From a candidate division WOR-3 bacterium (lineage in GTDB: Bacteria; Hydrothermota; Tepidihabitantia; Tepidihabitantales; Tepidihabitantaceae): a stretch of 64,000 nucleotides of DNA. The notes below the pieces were generated by a model, which was given only the letters and a program-made list of their open reading frames with translations, searched no databases and was not told the origin of the DNA. Positions within the stretch are counted from its first letter, which is position 1. Every line of letters starts with the position of its first letter. Below are positions 19,805-27,988 of this stretch, in pieces. The stretch spans positions 41,899 through 105,898 of the forward strand of contig CBFGJX010000001.1 of NCBI GenBank assembly GCA_965649225.1, given 5' to 3'. The position numbers were made by a program, and so were the translations under genes.

Positions 19805-20680
19805 ATGGAATGTCGCTGTTGTCCGTTTGCATGTGGTATTGACCGAAAAGTGCAACGCGGTGTCTGTCACGCCGGAACTGACATTGAGATCGCCCTCGCT
19901 CAGCTTCACTTCTGGGAAGAACCGCCGATCTCGGGCACGCGTGGTTCCGGAACGATCTTCTTCACTCACTGCAATCTACGCTGCCGGTTCTGCCAGAATC
20001 ACGATATCTCACAGGGCGGCCGAGGCAGAAAGGTCTCTCCCCAGCGCCTTGAAGAAATAATGCTCGAACTTCAAGCTGCCGGCGCTCACAATATCAACCT
20101 TGTTACCCCGACTCACTATTCCGAGCAACTCCTGCCGGTAATCCAGTCAGCTTCACGCCGTCTCCGAATCCCTTTCGTCTGGAACTCAAACGGCTACGAG
20201 GAACCCGAGACTCTGTCGCGGTTCGAGGGCCTGATACCGATCTGGCTGCCCGATTTCAAGTACTGGGATGACTCAGCTGCCGCCAACTGCAGCTCGGCTC
20301 CGGAATATTCCCGCCACGCCCGGGCCGCAATCTCCGAGATGTTTCGTCAAGCCGGTCCGTTTCGAAGCGACGAAAATGGCATCGCCCGGCGCGGGGTCAT
20401 TGTCCGGCACCTGGTACTGCCTGGCCTCGCCCATGACAGCATTCGAATCCTTGAATGGCTGGCGGACACGTTCGGTGACGAGATTCTCGTCAGCCTGATG
20501 GCCCAGTATTACCCAACCCACCGGGCAAGCGAACTGCCCGGCTTCAACCGCCGGCTGCTGCCGGCCGAATATGAACAGGTGCGCGAGCGATTCATCAGTC
20601 TCGGTCTGGAAGGATTCACCCAGGAATTGGCATCGGCCAGCTCAGACTTTACCCCGGAGTTCGATGGCCGTGGCACTTGA
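19805..20680 (+). CDS. PflX-like radical SAM protein
   Basis: EEPPISGTRGSGTIFF, CNLRCRFCQN, NINLVTPTH, RHLVLPG. Confidence 0.88.
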   Translation: MECRCCPFACGIDRKVQRGVCHAGTDIEIALAQLHFWEEPPISGTRGSGTIFFTHCNLRCRFCQNHDISQGGRGRKVSPQRLEEIMLELQAAGAHNINLVTPTHYSEQLLPVIQSASRRLRIPFVWNSNGYEEPETLSRFEGLIPIWLPDFKYWDDSAAANCSSAPEYSRHARAAISEMFRQAGPFRSDENGIARRGVIVRHLVLPGLAHDSIRILEWLADTFGDEILVSLMAQYYPTHRASELPGFNRRLLPAEYEQVRERFISLGLEGFTQELASASSDFTPEFDGRGT

Positions 20681-20716
20681 GTTGTCCGACAGTGGTCATG
20701 CAAGACTGAGACGGCT

Positions 20717-20744
20717 TTGACTTGATTTCTTCCGACGATAGACT
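20717..20744 (+). promoter_or_regulatory. sigma70-type promoter of purF (TTGACT-N16-TAGACT), leaderless geometry
   Basis: The -10 ends 6 nt before GTG 20751; no SD. Confidence 0.6.
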
Positions 20745-20750
20745 GCTACG

Positions 20751-22187
20751 GTGTGTGGCGTAATCGGTATTACGAATCGCCGACGCCCTGCTGGCGCTGA
20801 GCTGGTCGAAGGTTTGCTGGCGCTACAGCACCGCGGACAGGACTCAGCGGGAGTGCTGACTTCCGATGAAACTATCCATCTCAAGAAGGGCAATGGCACC
20901 GTCAGCCGGGTATTCAACGATCGCAATCTCGCCCGACTGACTGGCTGCCAGGGCATTGGTCACGTCCGCTATCCGACTATCGGCCCTGGATCGGCTGAAG
21001 ACGCCCAGCCATTCTACGTGAACCATCCGTACGGCATCGCGATGGTGCACAACGGCAACGTCACCAACTACCTGTCGCTGCGCCGTGAACTTACCAGCCG
21101 CTACCGCCGTCAGCTCACCAGTTGTTCCGACCTCGAACCAATCCTCAATATCTTTGCCCAGCGTCTTGAGTCGTCGAAACGTCGCTTTGGCGCTGATGCG
21201 GTGTTCGCTGCCGTCGACGAGGTCTTCACCCGGGTCCGGGGCTCCTACTCGGTCATTTCTCTAATCCAGAGTCACGGCTTGCTTGCTTTCCGCGACCCGT
21301 GGGGGATAAAACCGCTGGTATTCGGCCGTCGTGGCCACGATTATGCTTTCAGTTCGGAAAGTGTCGCGTTCGATCGCCTCGGTTTCCAATTGATTCGTGA
21401 CGTCAACCCGGGCGAAGCGATACTGATTGATGCCGCGGGACGTGTCCATTGCCGCCAGCTTCGCCCGGCACACCCTCGAACCTGCATTTTCGAATACGTC
21501 TACTTCGCCCGACCCGACTCGATTATCGACGGCATCGAAGTATACGAAGCACGTCTGCGGCTGGGTGAACGGCTCGCCCGTGAAATACAGAAGCACCAAC
21601 CCGAAGTCGATGTCGTCATCGCCGTTCCCGACACAGCCCGCACCGCCGCCGGCTCACTGGCCGAATCGCTCGGACTGCCCCTGCGGGAAGGGCTGATCAA
21701 GAACCGCTATATTGCGCGTACCTTCATCATGCACGGCCAAGACCGCCGGGCACTGTCCGTCCGCCAGAAACTGAATACCGTCCGGTCCCAGATTGCGGGT
21801 CGCCGGATACTCTTGGTTGACGACTCGATTGTCCGCGGCACCACTTCTCGGGAAATAGTCCAGATGGTACGCGACGCGGGTGCCCGCTTTGTCGCGCTGG
21901 CGGTCACTGCCCCTCCTCTTCGCTTCCCCTGTGTCTATGGCATCGACATGATGACTCGAGGCGAGTTCATCGCCAAAGACCGCTCTCTCGCCGCAATCCG
22001 TCGCGCGATTTCCGCCGATGCGTTGTTTTATCAGAGTTATCAAGGACTGGTGGCTGCGGTTGCCGGCAACCACCCTGATCGCCGATTCTGCACCGCCTGC
22101 TTCAACGGCAGTTACCCGACTCCAATTACCCGTCGCGAGCTTCTTCAGATGGAATCGGAACGAACCCGCTGGACTGCTGGCCCGTGA
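20751..22187 (+). CDS. purF: Amidophosphoribosyltransferase
   Basis: N-terminal Cys nucleophile, QHRGQ, GHVRY, HNGN, VDDSIVRGTTS, PC.YGID, C.AC. Confidence 0.96.
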   Translation: MCGVIGITNRRRPAGAELVEGLLALQHRGQDSAGVLTSDETIHLKKGNGTVSRVFNDRNLARLTGCQGIGHVRYPTIGPGSAEDAQPFYVNHPYGIAMVHNGNVTNYLSLRRELTSRYRRQLTSCSDLEPILNIFAQRLESSKRRFGADAVFAAVDEVFTRVRGSYSVISLIQSHGLLAFRDPWGIKPLVFGRRGHDYAFSSESVAFDRLGFQLIRDVNPGEAILIDAAGRVHCRQLRPAHPRTCIFEYVYFARPDSIIDGIEVYEARLRLGERLAREIQKHQPEVDVVIAVPDTARTAAGSLAESLGLPLREGLIKNRYIARTFIMHGQDRRALSVRQKLNTVRSQIAGRRILLVDDSIVRGTTSREIVQMVRDAGARFVALAVTAPPLRFPCVYGIDMMTRGEFIAKDRSLAAIRRAISADALFYQSYQGLVAAVAGNHPDRRFCTACFNGSYPTPITRRELLQMESERTRWTAGP

Positions 22188-23266
22188 CCACTGCAGCGAC
22201 CCTGATTCTTGCCCTCTTTGGCACAATAACTCTCCAAGCCCATGACCGGCCCGGTGACGGCGGTGGTGCCTTAATCGTCAGCTGGTCGGTGACAGGTGAT
22301 TCTCTTCCCGAAGGCTGGCACATCCTGCGCCAGGCGGAAGGCGATACCTGGCAGCAGATTGTATTCCTCGGCCCGGTGGCACGAAGCTACCTCGACGAGG
22401 ACGTCTCCGACACCATCCGGTACCGGTATGCTATTGCCGGCTCACACGATCCAAGTCACATCCTGGCCGGACCGACCAACTGGACGAGGAGTTCACCGCA
22501 ATGGTTCGACCCACGCACACTCGGTGCGCTCGTCGGCACCATCATCGCCGCATTCCTGATTCTGCTGTATCTGCGCCGCGCCCGGCGTGGAACAAAACTA
22601 TTTGTCCGCCGCATCGCCGGCCTGGACGCAGTCGAAGAAGCGCTCGGTCGAGCCACCGAGATGGGGCGTCCGACCCTCTTCGTGCCTGGACTGTCAACAG
22701 TTTCCGATGTTGCCACCATCGCCGCGCTGAACATACTGGGCGAGGTCGCCAAGCGAACAGCACAATTTGGAACACCGCTGATCGTTCCAGTGGCCGACCC
22801 GGTGGTATATACAGTTGCGCTGGAGACCGCCAAACAGAGCTACACGGCTGCCGGTCGACCCGATGGGTTTGATCCGGGTTCAGTCTATTTCGTAACTGAC
22901 GAGCAATTCGCATTTGCGGCAGCAATCGACGGCATCATGGTGCGCGAAAAACCTGCCACCAACTTTCTGATCGGCATGTTCTGGGCTGAATCGCTGATCA
23001 TTGCCGAGACCGGCGCCCAGACCGGCGCTATCCAGATCGCCGGCACTGATGCTGTCAACCAGCTACCTTTCTTCATCACTGCCTGCGACTACACCCTGCT
23101 TGGCGAGGAAGTCTACGCAGCGTCGGCCTATCTTTCCCGTGAGCCCCTGCTGCTCGGCGCCATCGCGGGGCAGGACCGTACCAAGTTGCTGATACTGGCG
23201 GTGCTCATACTTCTCAGCCTGCTCAGTATCATCACCGGCCTTGAGCCTGCCCTGATCCTCGGTTGA
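22184..23266 (+). CDS. FN3 + DUF6754-type membrane protein (paralogue 1)
   Basis: Signal peptide, FN3-like domain (HDRPGDGGGALIVSW...Y.Y.I), TM, IRRIAGLDAVEEA-type domain, C-terminal TM. Confidence 0.8.
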   Translation: MTTAATLILALFGTITLQAHDRPGDGGGALIVSWSVTGDSLPEGWHILRQAEGDTWQQIVFLGPVARSYLDEDVSDTIRYRYAIAGSHDPSHILAGPTNWTRSSPQWFDPRTLGALVGTIIAAFLILLYLRRARRGTKLFVRRIAGLDAVEEALGRATEMGRPTLFVPGLSTVSDVATIAALNILGEVAKRTAQFGTPLIVPVADPVVYTVALETAKQSYTAAGRPDGFDPGSVYFVTDEQFAFAAAIDGIMVREKPATNFLIGMFWAESLIIAETGAQTGAIQIAGTDAVNQLPFFITACDYTLLGEEVYAASAYLSREPLLLGAIAGQDRTKLLILAVLILLSLLSIITGLEPALILG

Positions 23267-23341
23267 CCGCGCTATTTGACTGGGCGACACCCGGGAATAT
23301 ACTGCCCATCGTTTCATCAATCCGGCTACGGAGGACATAGA

Positions 23342-24427
23342 ATGTTGTTCAGTCTAGCTACCGCTGTCATGTTCTCTCTTACACCGCCGGGTGCGGTCAC
23401 TGCCAAAGACCGCCCCAATGACGGCGGCAGAGCGATAATCGTCACTTGGAACCGGGCTTCCGGTCCGGTAACCGGCTACCGTATCCTGCGCCAGCCCGAA
23501 AATTCACTCGGCTGGGACACCGTCGGTTTTGCCGGTCCCCGAATCGGCCGCTACGTCGACGAAGGTGTGCCGGACAATATTCCCCACCGCTACAAGGTTG
23601 TTGCATTCGCTGATTCGCTGACCGTGGAATCTGAGCCATCGGCCTTGGCCAGTAGCCGCCCGCAATGGTTCAATACCGGCTACATTCCGGCGCTGGTTCT
23701 CGTCTTCATCTTCAGTTTCCTTGTGCTCTGGTTCCTGCAGACTGCAAAACGAGGCAGGAAACTGTTCATACGCCGCATCGCCGGGCTGGACGCAGTTGAA
23801 GAGGCACTCGGCAGAGCAACAGAGATGGGCCGGGCAATTCTCTACGTGCCCGGACTGTCGTCAATCGACGATGTCGCAACGATCGCATCGATCAACATCC
23901 TTGGCGAAGTTGCCAAGAAAACCGCCCGGTTCGGCACTCCGCTGATCGTTCCCAATCGTGACCCGATCGTCTATACCGTTGCGCGCGAGGTGGTCAAAGA
24001 ATCCTACACCGCCGAAGGCCGCCCCGACGCCTTTAACCAGGACATGGTATTCTATGTCACTGATTCGCAGTTTGCGTACGCTGCGGCGGTCGACGGCATC
24101 ATGACCCGGGAAAAACCAGCGACCAACTTCCTCGTCGGCATGTTCTGGGCCGAATCGCTGATACTCGCCGAAACCGGTGCTCTGTCCGGCGCAGTCCAGA
24201 TTGCCGGCACCGACGCCATCTCCCAGTTGCCGTTTTTCATTACTGCCTGCGACTACACCCTTATTGGCGAAGAACTTTATGCCGCCTCGGCCTATCTCTC
24301 GCGTGAACCGATGCTGCTGGGAGCAGTTAAAGGTCAGGACTATTCCAAAGCCATAATCCTCGGTCTGATCCTGCTCGGTACACTGCTTGCCACTGTGCTG
24401 AGGATACCGGTCATGCGTATTCTTTAG
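23342..24427 (+). CDS. FN3 + DUF6754-type membrane protein (paralogue 2)
   Basis: Same architecture as paralogue 1. GGAGG RBS before ATG 23342. Confidence 0.8.
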   Translation: MLFSLATAVMFSLTPPGAVTAKDRPNDGGRAIIVTWNRASGPVTGYRILRQPENSLGWDTVGFAGPRIGRYVDEGVPDNIPHRYKVVAFADSLTVESEPSALASSRPQWFNTGYIPALVLVFIFSFLVLWFLQTAKRGRKLFIRRIAGLDAVEEALGRATEMGRAILYVPGLSSIDDVATIASINILGEVAKKTARFGTPLIVPNRDPIVYTVAREVVKESYTAEGRPDAFNQDMVFYVTDSQFAYAAAVDGIMTREKPATNFLVGMFWAESLILAETGALSGAVQIAGTDAISQLPFFITACDYTLIGEELYAASAYLSREPMLLGAVKGQDYSKAIILGLILLGTLLATVLRIPVMRIL

Positions 24428-24436
24428 GAGGACAAA

Positions 24437-25105
24437 TTGAAGCGCAGGTTGCCGCTCTTGATAGTTCTTCTCTCTGGCATCTTCGCTGCCTTGGCCTTCG
24501 TGATACCCCATCCGACAGTGCGGAGTGTCGACGAAGTGTTCCGTAACGACGTATTGCGCATCATCACCGCCTTCAGTCTTGTGCTTGGGATTGGTTCAAT
24601 TCTCCGTCATCACCTCATCAAAATAAAGCGCAAAGCCGAGCACTGGCCATTTTCCTGGGTGACGGTGATTTCACTTTTCGTCTCCGCAATCATCGGGTTG
24701 CTGGGTGGTATCGACCCCAACCGTCCGGGAATTCTCCCCACCAGTATCGGCGGTTTCAGTTTTCACATCCAGAATCTCTTTACCAACATCATGGTGCCGC
24801 TGGGCGCCACCATGTTTGCCCTGCTCGCCTTCTTTATGGCCTCTGCCGCCTACCGGGCTTTTCGGGCGCGGAATTTCGAAGCCACCCTGCTGCTGATAGC
24901 GGCTTTCGTCCTGATGATCGGAGCCGTCCCACTTACCCGGGTTATCGCCCGGCCCTTGCCTGCCTTCGCCGAATGGATTCTCGCTGTACCCAACACCGCC
25001 GCTAAACGCGGTATCGGCTTTGGAGTCAGTCTGGGCATCTTCGCGACATCGCTCAAGATACTCTTAGGAATAGAGCGCGGCTGGCTTGGTGGAGGCGGCT
25101 CATGA
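24437..25105 (+). CDS. Polytopic membrane protein of unknown function (222 aa)
   Basis: AGGAGG RBS; about 6 hydrophobic segments; SAAYRAFRARN and ILLGIER motifs. Confidence 0.8.
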   Translation: MKRRLPLLIVLLSGIFAALAFVIPHPTVRSVDEVFRNDVLRIITAFSLVLGIGSILRHHLIKIKRKAEHWPFSWVTVISLFVSAIIGLLGGIDPNRPGILPTSIGGFSFHIQNLFTNIMVPLGATMFALLAFFMASAAYRAFRARNFEATLLLIAAFVLMIGAVPLTRVIARPLPAFAEWILAVPNTAAKRGIGFGVSLGIFATSLKILLGIERGWLGGGGS

Positions 25106-26007
25106 ACCAATCCCCCAGCCCTGCATCTGGATTCTGGAATCGACTCCAGCGTATCGACCGCCGTTGGATATATGCGGTCATCTGGCTGGTGGTGATGTTA
25201 CCGCTCATCTTCCCTTTCAAAATCAAACCCGAAGCCATGCCGCCGGTTTCCCGGCTCTTCTCCTACATCGACACCATGCCCGACGATAAAGCGCTGGTCA
25301 TCTCTGTCGACTACACGCCTGACACACAGGCCGAGCTTCACCCGATGACCATCGCCCTTCTGCGACACGCCTTTGCCAGCGGGCGGCGAGTCGGCATGCT
25401 GGCCACATCTGTTTACGGACTTGGGCTCGGCGAGGACGCCCTGCGGCAGGTCTCAGCCGAGTTCAACGCGAAAGCAACAACTCACGACGACTCGATAATC
25501 AGCGGTGAGGATTACGTCTTCTGGGGATGGTCAACACCGTTCGTCACAGTGATGCTCGGCATGGGAGAACGTATCACCAACGTATTCCCCGTCGACTACT
25601 ATGGCGTGAAAACCGAATCGCTGCCTATCACCGGTTTCATCAAGAACTACAATGACATCGGCATAGTGGTATCGATTGCCGGCTCCTCGGTACCCCTGTC
25701 GTGGGTTGCCTACGCCCAGACACAGTTTGGCGTGCGGATTGGCTGCGGGACTACCGCCGTGTCTGCTGCTGATTACTACACCTATCTGAACTCAGGTCAG
25801 TTCACTGGCATGCTCGCCGGCATGCGCGGCGCCGCCGAGTATGAACAGCTCCTGGAAGACAAAATGGCGATGGCCGGAGCTAACCTTTCGTTCCGCCGCA
25901 AGGCCACCGAGGCAATGTCGTCACAAACCGCAGCTCACCTGGCAATCATCATCTTCATAATTGTCGGTAACATTGGTTACTTTCTTTCCCGCCGGAGGCA
26001 GAAGTGA
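25102..26007 (+). CDS. Divergent DUF6754-like protein with two TM anchors (301 aa)
   Basis: ATGA-coupled. C-terminal half aligns by eye with the paralogues (GT.AV...; G....AA.Y; Q...L.I). Confidence 0.75.
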   Translation: MNQSPSPASGFWNRLQRIDRRWIYAVIWLVVMLPLIFPFKIKPEAMPPVSRLFSYIDTMPDDKALVISVDYTPDTQAELHPMTIALLRHAFASGRRVGMLATSVYGLGLGEDALRQVSAEFNAKATTHDDSIISGEDYVFWGWSTPFVTVMLGMGERITNVFPVDYYGVKTESLPITGFIKNYNDIGIVVSIAGSSVPLSWVAYAQTQFGVRIGCGTTAVSAADYYTYLNSGQFTGMLAGMRGAAEYEQLLEDKMAMAGANLSFRRKATEAMSSQTAAHLAIIIFIIVGNIGYFLSRRRQK

Positions 26008-26633
26008 ATATTTCAACTGACCCCTGGGTCTGGATTGCCGCCATCCTGACCCTCGCCGTTTTCTCTTTTCTGTATCGGGAAAACCCGTTCTACCGTTTCG
26101 CAGAACATCTGTTCGTCGGTGTGTCAAACGGCTACGCAATCACATTTTACTGGCACCGGATACTGGTGCCCTACCTGTTTACTCCACTCAGCCGCGGCGA
26201 GAAACTCTGGCTGATACCAATCGCTATTGTCGGAGCTTTCTACTTTGCCCGTTTTATCCCACGAGTATCATGGCTGGTCCGATTTCCGATCGCCATCGCG
26301 CTCGGCTACAGTGCCGGGGCCTCGATTCCGCGCAGCATTCACGCCAACATCCTCGAACAGATCAAAGCGACAATTGTCACCAGGGCCACGTTCGCAAACT
26401 GGCAACAAGGACTGTGGGCAGTGATAATCCTAATCGGCGTCGTCTGCACCATTTCCTACTTCTTCTTCTCCTCAGAACGAAAAGGGATTCTGAAACCCGC
26501 CAGCTATCTGGGTATCGTCTTCATCATGGTCGGATTTGGAGCATCCTTTGGCTACACTGTGATGGCACGCATTTCGCTCTTCATTGGCCGCCTGCAGTTT
26601 CTACTTGGTGACTGGCTGGGAATCGTGCGCTAG
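26004..26633 (+). CDS. Polytopic membrane protein of unknown function (209 aa)
   Basis: GTGA-coupled; about 6 TM segments; apparent internal repeat. Confidence 0.8.
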   Translation: MNISTDPWVWIAAILTLAVFSFLYRENPFYRFAEHLFVGVSNGYAITFYWHRILVPYLFTPLSRGEKLWLIPIAIVGAFYFARFIPRVSWLVRFPIAIALGYSAGASIPRSIHANILEQIKATIVTRATFANWQQGLWAVIILIGVVCTISYFFFSSERKGILKPASYLGIVFIMVGFGASFGYTVMARISLFIGRLQFLLGDWLGIVR

Positions 26634-26651
26634 TTGAGCCTTGAAACGCCG

Positions 26652-27146
26652 CTAGTAGGCACGCGCATCCGCACGCTGTCGCCAGCGCCGAAACAGCTCA
26701 CGGCACTCATCACCGCTGACACCGGAAACGATCTCGACCTTCAGCTGCGCCAGCTGGCGCAGCTGAAGGTTTGATATCCTTAATTCTCGAAAACCGGCAT
26801 CGGCAGCATCGTTGATGGTCGCGCCGAAAACAATCCTGGGTATTTGGGCCCAATGTGCAGCCGCGAAACACATCGGGCACGGTTCGCACGTCGAATAGAG
26901 GGTACAACCCGAAAGACTGATTGTCCCCAGCTTCTGGCAGGCAATACGGATTGCGTTAACTTCCGCATGTGCCGTAGGATCGCTGTCACGCCAGACGGTG
27001 TTTCCAGCACAGGCAATCTGTTGCCCCTCCCAAAAAACCGCCGCCCCGAAAGGCGACTGACCAGTCTCAAGGGCAACTTTGGCAGCAGCAATTGCTGCCG
27101 CCATTCCCTGTCCATCAACGGGAGTTCTCGTTGTCACCGGTCGCAC
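26652..27146 (-). CDS. Zn-dependent nucleoside/guanine deaminase
   Basis: SPFGA, DPTAHAEVNAIR, LYSTCEPCPMC. Confidence 0.88.
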   Translation of the reverse strand: MRPVTTRTPVDGQGMAAAIAAAKVALETGQSPFGAAVFWEGQQIACAGNTVWRDSDPTAHAEVNAIRIACQKLGTISLSGCTLYSTCEPCPMCFAAAHWAQIPRIVFGATINDAADAGFRELRISNLQLRQLAQLKVEIVSGVSGDECRELFRRWRQRADARAY

Positions 27147-27235
27147 GTTGCACTACTAAATTGACTTCTTGCCGAAGTCAAGATTGACTTTGCACTGTTT
27201 GACAGCACTCCGATCAGCGGTAGCCTTGACAACAC

Positions 27236-27988
27236 ATGAGCAAACCCAGACTCAAACCCCGCCAGCAGCCGCAACGAAGCCGTCTACGGATTTCGACAAA
27301 GCTTACAACCTGGCTTGCCGCAGCGGTCGTCGGCGGAGCCGTACTCTGGCTGCTGGGTTCCTCACTGCTGCGGCCGCCGACCGACTCAACCCCTGTTCCA
27401 TTGCTTGTGACGGCCGATCGCGACATCGCGGCCATAACCCGCATGCTGGGCGACATCAGGATCGACAACAGTTTCCCGGCGGCCAAGACCGAATCGCTTG
27501 ACCCGCGCTTGATTGCGGTTGAAAGCCTGATCCGTGAACGTCGCCTCGAGCAGGTCCGACAATCTCTGAATTCGCTGCGTCGGCGCTGCCCGACGGGGAT
27601 GACCGGTCGGCTCCACGCAGTCAGCGGACTTGCCTGGTACGAAAGTGGCCAACCCGATCGTGCTCTTGCTGAATTACGCCGGGCCGCAGACTCTTCAACC
27701 GGCCACCTTGCCGCCTGGAGCGCCTTTGCCGTTGCCTGGCTCTTCCAAAGCCGTGGCTTTGCTGACAGCGCCCTTGTCTGGTATCAGCGAACCCTGACCA
27801 CCGCCGATTCAACTTCATTCATAGCTGCCGCCGCCCACAACAACATCGCAGTAGTCCTTGAAAAACGTCGAGAACTCGTCGAGGCTGCAAAGCACTTCGC
27901 TGCTGCGGCCACTGTGATCGATACCGCCGACACGACCACCGATGCTCGAACCCTCCGCGACAATCTGCGCCGACTGTCCCCGTTCTAG
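27236..27988 (+). CDS. Membrane-anchored tetratricopeptide-repeat protein
   Basis: Basic N-terminus, one TM, TPR-like helices (GLAWYESGQPDRA; AAHNNIAVVLEK). Confidence 0.65.
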   Translation: MSKPRLKPRQQPQRSRLRISTKLTTWLAAAVVGGAVLWLLGSSLLRPPTDSTPVPLLVTADRDIAAITRMLGDIRIDNSFPAAKTESLDPRLIAVESLIRERRLEQVRQSLNSLRRRCPTGMTGRLHAVSGLAWYESGQPDRALAELRRAADSSTGHLAAWSAFAVAWLFQSRGFADSALVWYQRTLTTADSTSFIAAAAHNNIAVVLEKRRELVEAAKHFAAAATVIDTADTTTDARTLRDNLRRLSPF

